Origin: Harriotta raleighana
Lineage: Eukaryota
Length of the DNA: 64,000 nucleotides
Assembly: GCA_050575255.1 (NCBI GenBank)
Contig: JBNZDD010013718.1
Location: forward strand, 4,237,644-4,301,643
Reading direction: 5' to 3'
Every line of letters begins with the position of its first letter. Positions within the stretch are counted from its first letter, which is position 1. Below are positions 12,571-25,920 of this stretch, one piece after another. The notes under the pieces are model-generated. The model ran no database searches, was not told the origin of the DNA, and saw nothing but the letters and a program-made list of their open reading frames with translations. Made by a program: the position numbers and the translations under genes.

Positions 12571-15500
12571 CCCCAAATGATTGTTCAGTTCAACCACAGT
12601 ATATTGTTTTGTTCGTGTCTTTTCGTTTGCTCAATGGGACTCATTCCTCACATGCTCTACTCAACATGCTCTACTCCCTCCCTCTTTCCTCATTCATGTA
12701 GGACTGATGTAGCAGTTTCCTTCTGGACATTCCTTTTGCCTATTTTTCTCCATCAAATGGTTCTCAACCTCATTTTCCTCGTGCCCATTCAGTCTCATCC
12801 CACATCCTTCGACCCTCACTCAGGCCCACTTCCTCTGACGCTCTCGCATCCATTTAAAAAAATTTGTTAAGACAATGTGCATCCCTGGAGGTACTTACCT
12901 TGCGACTGGGCTAGCATAAAAGCTAATCGGGGAAACTCTCAGTGGAGAACTGATGGCCCATTAAGCAATGGCAATGCACCTTGCGCAAACTGAAACCACT
13001 TTATTACACAATACAACACTGAATTTAGGTCTGTGCACGGGCACAAAGCACCCTGGAATTGTCATCATTCTTGTTTGGGAAGATTGCCATCACAGCTAGG
13101 ATCGGTCATATTTAAGTAATGGGTTCAACATCAGCTACCACACTAGTGAGGCGTGGCTCAACTCCTCTTAAATCCTTTTTGCCTCCCAGTTTAATTTAAA
13201 TCAGAGAACATATTTCACATGCAAGACAGGGCAATACCTGCCTGGATTTTACACCCTCACTTTCCTCTGGTTGCTTAAAAGCTCCACATTTATTTGACAT
13301 TTCAAGCTTCATTGGAAAAATACAAACAGAAGAAAGACAGAAGAGGAAGGAAAAAAAGTGAGGAAAACTTATCATTGAACAGGCTAATCCAACCACATCA
13401 ATGCCTGGCATTTTTGAAGAACTCTAGATAGTTTCCATGCATCTTATTTGTGCTACAAATTAAACCGAGACAGAAAAACAAGGCATTGCTTGGCCAATAT
13501 TTTAATTGCAACTACAGGACAAAGCACAAGTGGAATTATACTCAGAAACTATGGGGAAGGAAATCAATGGTTACATTTAATCCTATCGTCTTCCTGAAAA
13601 TAAAATAAGTCTTAAAAATTCAGAAATTGAGGTAGGTAACTGCATTTGAATGAACTTGATTATTGACAGCAAAAAAGAATCTAGCAAATATTTTCAAATC
13701 TAGCGAATACCCTTTGATCACCTATGTATACTTACTAAGTGCAGATTGTTTTTCACCACAGCTATACAAACTGGCTCTGCATCAGAATCAGTCCAACTTC
13801 AGCTCAAGCAATTGCCTGCTCGCACACATACACACACAAAGAAGCAGCGATAATGAAAAGCAGGCTGATAATTTCACATCCTGACAGTGCATGAGGAGAC
13901 TCCTCATCAATCTTCACCAAGAGCTGAAATCCTGCTTTCACCATGGTTACAGCACCTTATTACAGTAGCAGCAGCAAGCAGTATGCAACCCAATCTATTT
14001 CCACAGCATCGAGGGCTACAGCAAATCTTTATCTTGCAAACACAACACTAGCGCTAATATTTTGCACAAAATCATGAATAAGGTTCCAAAATCTTGGTAG
14101 TGATCATTCGGAAAGTGCAGTCTTACCAGGGCTGTGGGCTGGACCCGAGCTTGTAATGGAATTCCCAGTGGGTGCTTGATGAATGCAAGCTGCCACGGAA
14201 GCAAGACTGAAGAGGTCTGCTCTTAGGCACATTGCATTAAAAAAGAGAACCTCCACTAGATTTGCTGGTGAGGGGCTCACTACACACAGCCTGCAAGTCT
14301 GTTTTGATTGGTAAATCCCAAGGGGTGGTGATGGCAGTCAGTCTAAAGAAAACTGGTTCTAATATTTTGATTCTTGCTGCAAGGCCAGTTTTATTTGATA
14401 GATTTGCAAAATGAAAACACAATTTACACACCCATTCATTTCAAGTTACAGACTCGATTGCTGAAAGTCCTTTATTCAATTTGTATTCATTAATTTATAA
14501 CATGAGGGAAAAAAATTATTCCTCACAAATTTCAAATAGAATTTTTATTTAGACCGAGACGAAACTCCAATTTCTTCCAGCAATCCCTTCACCAAGGCAA
14601 TAAATCTCAATACATTTGTCTACAATTCTGTAATCAATCCAGTTATAAATTATGCTGATGTTTGCAGTACAATACTCTCATACTCTCGTTCCACAATGTA
14701 AATCATCTCTCATTAGACTTTTTACATGATATTGCTCATTAGGGACAGTTAGATTGATATTTTAAAAAAGCTCAATTTGTTTTTAGGATTACCTGCATTT
14801 GAAAAAGAACTCTATATTTAATATAATGTAATGCCTTTCACCCTGGGAACATCCTCAAAGCTTTACTGTAAATGGTTTATTGTAAAGTATAATTCCTCTA
14901 TATTTTGTAGAGAAGTCAACATATACAACAACTTGCAGTTACATAGCCCTTCAAGTGGGTAACTTACCTGTTCAAATTCAACCATTTTGTGTTAATATTT
15001 CAGACACCAAGAAATTGCAGTAAGTTCCAAACAGATTTAAAATTTGCTGCATGTCTGGTAGTCATAGGACAGCACAGAGAGCAAGAAGTGAAAGCAAGTA
15101 CAGTACAGTAATATGTTTTCTACTTACTAGCGCTCACCACATTGTTTGGGGCTGAGAGTTCTGCAACATAACAAAGCTATGGGTTTGAGAATTCACTATT
15201 CACTGACCAGACAACTTCTCAATAGCATTAAAAAATGGCCTCTTGAAGAAGTTCCTATCAATTCATTGGAACATTAAGAATTTAAACCATAACCGATGAG
15301 TGGTGCCTCAATTCATTTGCACTCACTGCTTTTATATTGTACCAATGAGAATCAACATGCCACCTAACCTCATTGTGTAAAGTGCAGAGCAAACACAAGG
15401 GTAACTCAAGTATTTGAAGTTTGGGACAATGTTTGAAAAATCAAATTCATTGCTGCCTCAGAACTTACACAAGACAATGCTAAGCGACTTCCTAATATTG

Positions 15501-15987
15501 ATGTTCGAATGAAATAGACAACAAAGAGCTAGCAAAGAGTAAGTGTGCAATGTACAAGAACAAATAAACAGGATTACACCATACAGAACTAGACAGTCTT
15601 CTGACAAATGCTAAAAGCTTTATCAGATCTTCCATTACCTACAGGCAGAGACTATGCCTTTTATTTACAAATGGCTATTGCTAAAAGTGTTTTGAAGTAC
15701 TGTAACATCAATTAGAGCTGTATTTTTCAGATACACCCACGTGCACTTATACTAATCCTGTAAAAGGTCAGAAAAAATGTATCTTGCCCCAGGTAAAATT
15801 ATATTTACAGGCAGACTTCCACTCCCATCACTTTCGAAGGAAAAATAAACAACCAAATAACACACTATAAGAGCTGATCTCTGCTAATACTACCCAATAC
15901 ATTCATTTGAGATATATTCAGTTGTGCATTCAACCACTACACCCCAAAGCTCTGGAACACTCTCCCTCATCCTCTACATAAGTACAA

Positions 15988-16106
15988 AAGGGATTATTAT
16001 CCTTTGGAGTAAGGAAGCTTGCCCAAAGTTTTGCCTGGCCTGGATTTGAACCCGGGTTTCTCACTTAGAAGGCAAGCGCTCTAACCACTGAGCTACAGGA
16101 CTCCAC
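15988..16106 (-). mobile_element. SINE 5' tRNA-like head
   Basis: Minus strand GTGGAGTCCTGTAGCTCAGTGGTTAGAGCGCTTGCC...GGGTTCAAATCC with A/B boxes, continuing into SINE body rather than a tRNA acceptor stem. Confidence 0.9.
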
Positions 16107-16499
16107 TCAGAAGCAATCCTATAATACTTCCAGAAATCTGCACGCCTCATTAGTTTTTGTTCTACTATTTTCCCAGTCAATACCTTGGTGATTGAAATCA
16201 CCCATGATTAATGTTCCATGCAGGATATCCTTATCTGCAAAGAACATTTACCTCACTCACCGCTTCTGCTGACTTGGCTCCAAGAGGAAAGCAAGAACAT
16301 ACGATAAAGTGATAACCTTTACTATCCTGGACCAGCCTCAATTTCACACCTACACTCCTGAAATAGGCGCTTAAAATTATTTGTTTCTTATTGACATCTA
16401 TTCAGGATAGGACACAATCCCACCTTTTGGAATCCACAAAAGACTGTATATGATACTTGTTGATTGACATTTAATACAATGATGAAAACTCATAGCAAG

Positions 16500-17070
16500 A
16501 CTTGCTGCAGCTGTATCGGGCCCTGGTGAGACCACACCTGGAATACTGTGCGCAGTTTTAGTCTCTTTATTTAAGAAAGGATATACTTGCCTTGGAGGGA
16601 GTGTAGCGTAGGTTTACCAGATTAGTACCTGGAATGAGGGGAATGAGTTATGATGATAGGTTGATTAATTTGGACCTATATTCTCTGGAATATAGAAGAA
16701 TTCGAGGGGATAGAAACCTATAAGATTATTAAGGGGCATGACAAAGTAGATAGTGGGAGATGGTTTCCCCTGGTTGGAGAATCTAAAACCAGGGGTCACA
16801 GTCTTAAAAGTAGGGGACAGCCCTTTCACACTGAGTTGAGAAAAAACTTCTTCACTCAGAGGGTGGTGGATGTATGGAATTCTTTACCACAAAGGGCAAT
16901 AGATGCTCAGTCCTTGAACATATTTGAATTAGATAGATTTCTCATTTATAAAGGGATTAAAGGATATGGGGATAAGGCAGGTAGCTAGATTAAGAGTAGC
17001 CATGATTGAATGGCGGGGCAGGCTCGGTGGGCCAAATGGCCTACTCCTGCTCCTATTTCTTATGTTCTTA
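16500..17070 (+). mobile_element. CR1 LINE, 5'-truncated
   Basis: LLQLYRALVRPHLEYCAQF*SLYLRKDILALEGV*RRFTRLVPGMRG with two stops; 3' end gggccaaatggcctactcctgctcctatttcttatgttctta; aagac present at both junctions. Confidence 0.95.
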
Positions 17071-19287
17071 AGACAATAAATCTTTCTGGACATTCAGCAT
17101 AGCCAGGAACAGAGCAGAAACATATCCAGGATATCATTCTAGATCTGCAGTTTAAATAACTGTGATCTCCTGTCATTTAACAATGTATCCGACAAGATGT
17201 TTCTACATGATAAAGCTCTGTAAAATGTAAATTCTTTATGATTTAATTCTAATTGCTATTTTGCAGAAATGGTTCTGTATACATCACGTTGTGAATCACA
17301 ACTACTTTTCCATTGTCAGGCGTAAGCAGAAATGGCAGAGGTTCAACCTGCATACATATTGCAGAATCGTTTCAAGGTGTGGTTCTGCATTACTACCTGA
17401 GGCCATTAAATCCACCCACTTATACCATATTGCAATTCAATGGCAGGCAGAACAATACAAAAACTCAAGTTTCATAACTTTTGGCTTTTCAAATCGATGG
17501 AAAGAAATAACACATTGGTGTCCTCTCAGGCATCTGACACAAGGAGGATTTCACAAGAGTTCAGCAAAGTTGGAGGGACTGCATTATTGCTGCATCTACA
17601 ATCATAACACTTACATGTAAGGGCTGCTGCCAGCAACTATGCCTCAAGGTACATGAAGTGTTAATGTGGATGCCTAGCACATGGCGTGTCATGAGGGTGT
17701 GATTCTAGGTGATATTAATGAGTCTCAAACAAATCTTGGACCTGTATGTACATGTCAGACTGTTATCTGCTCGTCAAGGAAAATAAAGTGAGAGTTTGTG
17801 GAAAAACAACTTTTTCAACATTTTGAATTAAGTTTTTGTGGGATTTGCTGTTAAAGGTCTGTTAAAACTGACCTGAAAGTACCAACAGAAGGACTGTGGG
17901 TACAGAACAACTCCCATTCATCAAGTTAAAACAGCATCTATTTCTGGTTATTTAAGTGGGGCATGTACTTTTGTGTATTTCATAGGGCGATACCTAAAGA
18001 TATTTTTGAAGTGCATTCTTCAACAAACTACAAAATAAAACATTTGTGCTTCTGTGAGTCAATCTGTAAATCTGATAATATTCTACAAAGTGTTCCCTGA
18101 AAGCTAATGTTTTACACATGGGGTAATTATCAGCTCATCACTGCATCCAAAAGGTAGTTGTGAAAGCTGAGGATTTAACCTCTCTGTGTGAGCATGATAA
18201 AACAATATTTTTAAACCAGCTTTTCTTTTCATTATCTGAACATCACAACCAGGAGATGTTTAAGAAAGTGAAATAACATCTGTGGCATGATGGTAGAAAA
18301 CTGAAAAATCTAGAATATAAAAATATGATTCAGCCAAGCAATTACTGTATATACATCTATCAATTATAGACCTCCTAGGATTTCTACTGAACTTGAACAA
18401 CCCCAAGAATGGATTTCCCTTTAATACTAAATTTAATGGAGAAATGGATTGGATTGAAATCCTGTATAATCCAGAATAACAGAAAAGGCTATAGATAGTG
18501 AATCATCATCAATGCTGCTGAATTCCGATCTAAAGGATAACATACCCACAGACTATGGCCAAATGCTGTTCAACCAGAAGAAAGATCAAGAGTGCAAGTA
18601 ATTGTTGAGGGCTTTTAGTGGTTGTTTTAAGAGCAGCATTAGAAGCCCAGGAACAGACTCTTTCAAAAATTTGTTTCAGAATTATCAGTTCAGGCCTATT
18701 TTAATTGCATAGAGTACATGGTTGCCTTGTGCTACTGCAGAGCAAGCGTTATTGCACAATATTTGATTAAAATTCAATCTTGCTGCAGTCTTTGGCATGA
18801 TTTGGTAACAAGTCTTTCATCAGCTTCATTATCTAAAAATAAGCAAAGCAATAACCAACAATTGATTTGTTTTGACAATGTTAAGCATGAAACAAACACC
18901 TGATTTGCAGAAAAGAATGAGCAAAACAAGCAAGTTAGTAAACTCAGCATTAAATAAACATGGCCTAAAAGCCATACTCTTAAACTGGATTTTACATTGT
19001 GTAGTATAGAACACTGTGGTATTCACTCTAATGTACAATGGTATTTGGCATGGTAGAAATTTTCATCCTGCTTAAATATTTGTTTGAACCTCAACATATT
19101 TCATGAATTAAACAACCTTATTCATCCATGTACTGTAGTTGGACTTTTACAGCAACGATTTACATATGCTAAACTCTGCAAATCATTATTCCCCAAATTC
19201 AAATCTACTTCTTCCCATTTCGCTTGGCAGCTTTCTATTAAAATGAAAGGGTCTTAAAAATAGACTTGTTCAAATATTACATTTGTN

Positions 19288-19334
19288 TCCCGACGTGAAA
19301 GGCGCTTTATAAATAAAATTTTGATTTGATTTGA
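19288..19334 (+). mobile_element. Young L2-type 3' tail (SINE or LINE) between two Ns
   Basis: tcccgacgtgaaaggcgctttataaataaaattttgatttgatttga, one mismatch from the tail at 51884-51925, CpGs intact. Confidence 0.85.
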
Positions 19335-19440
19335 TTACCACATCGTCCAAAAGCGTTTCACAGGATTTNATTTCGCTTGGCAGCTTTCTATTAAAATGAA
19401 AGGGTCTTAAAAATAGACTTGTTCAAATATTACATTTGTA

Positions 19441-19540
19441 GTAATAATAACAACAACAATAATCCTTGCCTTTGATGTAGCACCTTACCACATCGTCCAA
19501 AAGCGTTTCACAGGATTTTACCGAAAAGTGCAGTGATTGT
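19441..19540 (-). mobile_element. SINE tail fragment
   Basis: aataatccttgcctttgatgtagcacctt...aagcgtttcacaggatttta. Confidence 0.75.
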
Positions 19541-20640
19541 ACACATTTTTCTGAATTCATGAAGATCATGAACCCTGATGACAATACTAATCAAGTGTAA
19601 TGACTGATACTGAACAATCAGTTTACAAGATTGCGAATTCTAACCCTGCTGAAAAGAAAACTTTCACGTTAAAGGGCAACTTAACCACAAAAAAGCTTTT
19701 CCAGTCTATTTTCCTTTTAAGAAATACAGCCAGCTATAACTGAGACAGTTTGAGGCAGTATCTGTTGGTTAATGCAGCTTCTCTGAATTTTCAGAGGAGT
19801 AAATTATGAAACACCACTGATGGTAACCCTCTGGTTACCACTGTCAATTATAGTTTGTCCGTTATTCCTCCTGGGCATCAACAATGACCGAACATGAATA
19901 TATTCAAATCTCTTTCTCTTTTTTCCCCCAGGCATTAAAATGGCAGGAAATAATAGCAGAGAAAATATATATGTGCTGTATAAGAAAATGCTTATCCATG
20001 CTACTTATTGTTGCTTTCCTAACTGCTAATGGTTGCCAATTGCTCCAATTCTAACCCCTTCACTATGCTGGTTCATAGATAATACAAGCAACTTTTACTC
20101 TCCTCTGGGATCAATCCTGCACTCAATTCCAGTCGAACACTAGCTGAATAGAGAGACTATTCATATTTTCTTTCTTACTCAATAAAAATAGGCTACGATT
20201 CTCGGGATCATGTTATTCTCTAAATACTGCAACCACAAAACATGCATCAACAATGCCATCTCACATCTTGCAAGGGATGTTACAGACAAGTAATTACATT
20301 ACTGTTAATCATTAGTCCTGTTAAGTTGTCAACTCGTTATCTGATCCACGCTAATTTGTATTTATTTTTCACTTTCTTCCATCGTTTCTCCACTGCTGAC
20401 TTCCAATGTCTTGCTTTCTTTGGGAGATTGGGATATCGAGTCTGTGACACACACTTGTTTACAATTTTGCCCTTCCTTTCTTGTGCAAGAGATTCCAAAA
20501 ATTTCACAGTACATATTCCATCAGGCAGCTTTGCTAAGTGCCAAAAGGACACAAATGGGATCAGCAGATTTAATGTCAATAGGATCTGTACCCCAAAAAA
20601 CAGTGTCAAATTGTGTCACAGACAGAATTCCAACGCTAAC

Positions 20641-21175
20641 TACAACAAAAGCTACACTTGTATAGAGTCTTTCACATGAGGAGGACATCCCAAGGCGCTG
20701 GATAGTCATTATTTCAGACCTGAGCTGGGGTCGGGGAAGGGGAGGGTGGAGGATTTGGGGTGACCGATGGGACCATCGAAGAGGAGGGTCTTGAGGCACG
20801 ACTTGAAGGAGGGGGTGAGGTAGAGGCACTGCGGGATTACGTTCCACAGGTTATAGGCAGAGTGGCTGAAGGCTCGCCTGCCAATGGTTGGGCGGGTGGG
20901 TCAGGGGACATGGAGCAGGCCAGAGCCTGCTGAGCAGAGTCGGTGGGCAGGTTGGTTGGGGGTTAGGACGTTGCGAGGTAGAGTGGGGCGAGGACATGGA
21001 GGGCTTTGAATGTGAGGACCAGGATCTTGAATTGAATCTTCTGGGTAATGGGGTGCAAATGGAGTCGGGCAGGAATGGGGGAGGTGGAGTCAGAAAGCTT
21101 GGAATGGTAGAGGACACGGGCCACAAAGTTCTGGAATTATCTGCAGCCTGTGAAAGGCGGAATTGGGAAGGATGA
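20641..21175 (-). mobile_element. L2 LINE 3' fragment
   Basis: Tail acaacaaaagctacacttgtatagagtctttcacatgaggaggacatcccaaggcgctg plus ORF2 remnant shared with 6744 and 41557. Confidence 0.92.
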
Positions 21176-22699
21176 CAAGCAGGTTATCTTAACTTTTCAC
21201 AAAATCTAACCACTACTGGCACATTTTACATGGGCTGTTGCAAGCAGCAGTTTATCCTTTATTACAATTAAGACTGGGATAAACTCAGCACAACTGCTAT
21301 GTACTGTGGTCTTGAACAAAATATAATCCTGATCCATGCCCAACAATTGTTGGCAAAGTTGTTACAGATTTGAATCAACTGCTGTTAATCCAGTGTTGCC
21401 AAATGCTGCACTTACTCAACCATTCTCAGCACTTATTACGATCTGTGAGGCATACAGCAGCTTATTTTACAGCCTCCCCAACTCAGCATTTATTGACCGA
21501 AGTTTACTATTTAAATCCTCAAAGAGTCACTGCTTAACTCACTCCAAAATAGGATGTCACTGGTTGGTCTGGTCTGGCATCATTCTCTGCCACTGTTAAG
21601 CATTCCGAGAGGCTGACACATGAAGAATGCTATATAAATGCATGTTCTTGTTTAAATTACAAACTATTTTTAAATACATTGAACACTAAATTCTCACAAA
21701 GCATTAGTGTTACTAACAGCCTAATTAAAAGCAGCACATACAACACGTATCTCCCTTAATTTAAATGTACGTTTTGCTATTCGCACCCAAGCAGAAAAAG
21801 GTTACTTTAAATAATATGCTATATGAAAGACAAACATAAGCACTTCCTGAAACATACTCTGAGTTCACAAGTTAAGACAGGCCAAGTTATGTTTATGTTT
21901 CAGAAGTCAGATGGAAGCTATTAAAGTACTTACCATATATATATTTAAAAAATCAATAGACTGGACTTGGGAGATTCCTTGGCACCAGTCCTTTCCACCA
22001 CACAGACAAACTTTCACTAGCTGACAGACTGAACAAGCCTCATGAGACCATAGAAAATGCAATAGACTTTGCAGACTGGAGACCCCAAATCATTTGCTGG
22101 ACTGTTTCCCAATAGTATAATATTCTGCACCCACTCAGTTAATATCCACTTCGAAGTAACTAAATAGAAGACAAGCTTTTACATAAAGACAGCTCCCCCA
22201 GTTACGGAATGCTGTGCACTGAAGCACTTCAGCAGAACTCTTGCTACGTGCTGGAAGAAAAATAGGTTTGTGTCCTTCAACCTAGTGTCTACGTGCACTG
22301 TGTTAACTTGAGGGTAATCTTGACTATCCAACACAGCCAATCACTGAAAAGAAAAGGGTTTGTACGTTTTCTTGTTTAATTTTTAATCTCTTTGTGATTA
22401 CAAATGTCATTTGGAAATGAATGACTGTTTTCTCAGCGCAAAAACAAAAGGTCAAACCACAACATAATAATATGGAGTGCAAACAAAATGTTAGCCATTA
22501 TATCACAATCCAGTTCATCTACAGATCTTTCATTTTTTTGGATAAAATTAAAGACTATAAAAGTGAAATATACAAACAAGGCAGAACATGCATTATCAGT
22601 TCTATAAAACATCTAGGAGCACTGAGTGTACAAGGTAATCTGATGCCATAGATTTGTTTTTCTTTTTAACTCCAATCAATCAAGTAGCAAAGTGGAGTA

Positions 22700-23000
22700 C
22701 AAGTTCTACACTGATACCCTGCACCTTCTACCACTGCCAAGTGTGCATTCTTCACGATTGACCATAGACACTGAGTGTCAGCAGATTACTCAAGAATTGC
22801 GGGCATCGGAGAAGAGCCCGACCCTGTTGTACCCAATGTCAACATGCATAGAGCTACGGCAGAACAATCAGGAGATGGCAATGCTGTCGGGTTTTCTTCT
22901 CCTCTGAGGACAACTGTTTTGTCCCAAATACTGTCCCTGCAGAGATCAGCTGGCTCTACACAGACCAGATAGCCAACTAGCGACCTGCTAGCCTGCATGG
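22700..23000 (-). mobile_element. Old SINE-like element (second family)
   Basis: gagtgtcagcagattact...gggcatc...gagcccgaccctg...gagatcagctggctctacacagacc, collinear with copies at 34311 and 35691. Confidence 0.55.
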
Positions 23001-23204
23001 TTTTGTTGGACGTAATAAATTACAAAGGTAAAAATGTAATAGAGGCTTCATAATCCCTAGGGGAACAAGGGCAACATTTGAGGACACAATACGAGTTAAT
23101 TCACGCTAATGGGATGTTTAAAATGCCAACTTCAGGAAATACATCTGGACAAGTTGTTATTCCACAATAGGTTACTTTTAGTGTTAGAGTCCCTTTTCGT
23201 AGTT

Positions 23205-23310
23205 ATAATAATAATAATTCTTGCATTTGATATAGTGCCTTATCACATCTTTGAGATGTCTTAAAGCACTTCACAGAATATACTATAAAGTGAATTAATC
23301 ATTTACTTTT
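23205..23310 (-). mobile_element. SINE tail fragment
   Basis: ataataattcttgcatttgatatagtgccttatcacatctttgagatgtcttaaagcacttcacagaatatact. Confidence 0.85.
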
Positions 23311-23483
23311 GCTTGACAGAATCTCTTCAGGCCATCCATCGCCCCTTGTTGACATGGCAGGAACCCAACCTGCTCCCAACCAACGTCCTTAGAAACCAAA
23401 TACTAGGATGTGTGAGAGCGATTATCTCTCTGTCCCCTGCTATATTGAAGATCTAACTTATTTTGTCATCTGCCTATTAGATT

Positions 23484-23672
23484 AGCAGTCGAGGAGGTAG
23501 GATGGGGTGAGGCCATGGAGTCCTTTGAGTGTGAGGACCAGGATCTTGAATTGAATCCACTTGGTGATGGGGAGCCTATAGAGTCGGGCGAGAATGAGGG
23601 AGACACGATATAGGATATGGGGGGCAGAGTTCTGGATTATCTGGTGCCTATGGAGGGAGGAATTGGGAATTG
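23484..23672 (-). mobile_element. L2 LINE ORF2 fragment
   Basis: QIIQNSAPHIL...LYRLPITKWIQFKILVLTLKGLHGLTPSYL corresponds to the L2 motif QNxAAR..LHWLP..RIxFK..ALHGLAPxYL. Confidence 0.9.
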
Positions 23673-24010
23673 AACTTAAAACCAAATGATAATAGTGGAT
23701 GCTCAAGACTTCAGAAGGACTTGGGAAGGAAACAAACCAGATGTCATTTCCTTATACTTCAATTATTCATTTTGGATCATTCAAATATCTGCAGAGTGTC
23801 CAATAAATTATTAAACGCAAAAATCACTTCATGCCCGCAGCAACCTTAGAAGTCAAGTATGAGCTTCAAACTAGTTGTCAAATCCGAAATAACCCAAAGT
23901 CAAACTGCACCTGATTAGATATACAAGAATCACATGCATTTATAAAACTCCTTCTACATCAAGGACATCTCAATGTGGGTTCCCAATGAGAATGAAGAAC
24001 GGAAGATGCC

Positions 24011-24026
24011 NNNNNNNNNNNNNNNN
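24011..24026. other. Assembly gap (16 N)
   Basis: Run of N; single Ns also at 19287, 19369, 31567, 39684, 46533. Confidence 0.99.
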
Positions 24027-24589
24027 GTATCAATGCAATCCACTTGCACGCAGAGGTATCATTTACAAAAGAATTACCTATAAACATATTTTGCAAATGC
24101 AGTGCAAATCACGCTTTATTTTGACACGTGCACTCTACTTTGCATGACTGATCTTACAGTATTATTGGCTGAATGAAGTTGCAAATTTTGCAAATATTTA
24201 AGTGCTAATTTCACTTGGAAGTGTTATTGCGAATGACAAAGAAATAGAAATATTGCTTAACAGCACTATTTTCTGTTTGAATTACCTGCTCATGAGTGCT
24301 CAAATCATCCATATATTTTAAATAAAATGCTGAAATCCAAAGCCTGAAATTCCACTGAGTCCGTGGCCTGCAAAAACATTTTGTCCTGCAACATAGGATC
24401 CTGCAAAATAGTAGAAAATTTTCAAGTCCAATTTTAATCTGGAAGCTAGTTTCTGCATTTCTTAGAACAAGGCTTCTACATTAGGGCTAAATTGAAACAG
24501 TTGCTACAGTACCATATGACATTTAAGTCAAAATGGTCTCACATGCTAAGAATGGAAGGGATTTCTGTTCTAAGGTTTTAATCTGGCAA

Positions 24590-24785
24590 TTATTACAAGA
24601 TTGATTGGGATGAAGAAGGCCTAGTGGCCCATTTGATGTCATCCATCCAGAATACCCAAACTACCATCTTCCCATCACAGCATCAAACTGTTTTCTTAAA
24701 ATGAGTCCAGCATTGCAGCTTCAACCACCTTTTTGGTAATCTGTTCCAGTCATTAAATTCCCTCTGGATGAATAGATTTCCTGTA
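24590..24785 (-). mobile_element. Old CR1-like LINE 3' end
   Basis: Collinear with 12366-12570 (ggatgaagaaggcctagtggcccatttg...cccatcacagcatcaaac...aatgagtccag...gcttcaac). Confidence 0.65.
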
Positions 24786-25149
24786 CTAATAGAGGCAGTT
24801 AACAGCAAAATTCAGATATTGGTTTTAAAACATTCTTCACGTCCATTATCCTGACATATCTTTTCAGAAGGTAATCAATATTTTAATGCTTGAACTTCCA
24901 ATAGGATAACCTTTCTATTTAAAGTCAAACCTTCTTGATGACTTCAGAACACAACTTTCTACTTCACATCAGATATTTTCAATGATCCCTGAAATGGATA
25001 ACCTTAGCTTGTATGAAATCTGCACACTCCTGGTCTGACGACATTGGGAGTGAAAAATGTGACACTGTGTGACGTTATAATCAACCATGGCTAAATTCAG
25101 CACCATGGATTCGCAAAGATACCAAGAATGTAGAAATTCTTAGGTAGGA

Positions 25150-25920
25150 AAAATGATAGGAAGCAATATAGATTTGGTAGCTCAATCTTAAGGGTGGTGA
25201 ACGTACAGAGAGATCTGGGTGTTCAAGTAAGCGAATCATTAAAGGTAGCAGGGCAGGTAGATAAGGCAGTAAAAAAGGCATTTGGTGTATTGAGCTTTAT
25301 TAGTAGAGGTACAGAGAATAAGAGTAGGGAGGTTATGATTAATCTATACAAAACACTGGTTAGACCTCATCTGGAATACTGCGTCCAGTTCTGGGCACCT
25401 TACTTCAGGAAGGACATTAAGGCACTGGAAAGGGTGCAGAGGAGATTCACAATGATACCAGGAATGGGGAACCTTAGCCATGAGGACAGGCTGGAGAAGT
25501 TAGGACTTTTCCCATTAGAGCAGAGAAGGGTACGCGGGAGCTGATAGAAGTCTTCAAGATCATGAAAGGTTTTGACAGGCTGGCTAGGGAAAAGCTGTTT
25601 CCACTGGTAGGTGTGTCTGTGACCCATGGTCACAGTCTTAAGATATCTACCAAAAGAAGCAGAGGGGAGGTTAGAAGAAATGTTTTTTACTCAGCAAGTT
25701 GTTCTAATTTGGAATGATCTGCCTGAAAGGGTAGTGAGGTCCGATTCGATAGCAGCTTTTAAGAGAGAACTGGATAGGTATCTGGGGAAGATGGGTTTGC
25801 AGGGTTATGGTGAAAAGGCTGGTGATTGGGGTTAATAAAAGTGACATTGCTCTGTCAAAGAGCCAGCACAGACTAGATGGGCCGAATGGCCTCCTTCTGT
25901 GCCGAAACATTCTATGATTC
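25150..25920 (+). mobile_element. CR1 LINE, 5'-truncated (different subfamily from 16500)
   Basis: ORF 25194-25544 QRDLGVQV...LYKTLVRPHLEYCVQFWAPYFRKDIKALERVQRRFT; 3' end gatgggccgaatggcctccttctgtgccgaaacattctatgattc. Confidence 0.96.

Noticed and set aside
16040-16106. tRNA gene (also 4790-4856, 40915-40982, 57655-57721)
   Set aside because: A/B boxes run directly into SINE body and there is no complementary acceptor stem; these are SINE heads
20242-20679. 145-aa ORF with overlapping ORFs on both strands
   Set aside because: No recognisable domain, atypical composition, runs into an L2 tail
25194-25835. RT-like ORFs as a functional reverse transcriptase or retron-like system
   Set aside because: 5'-truncated, frameshifted CR1 ORF2 C-terminus lacking the catalytic core
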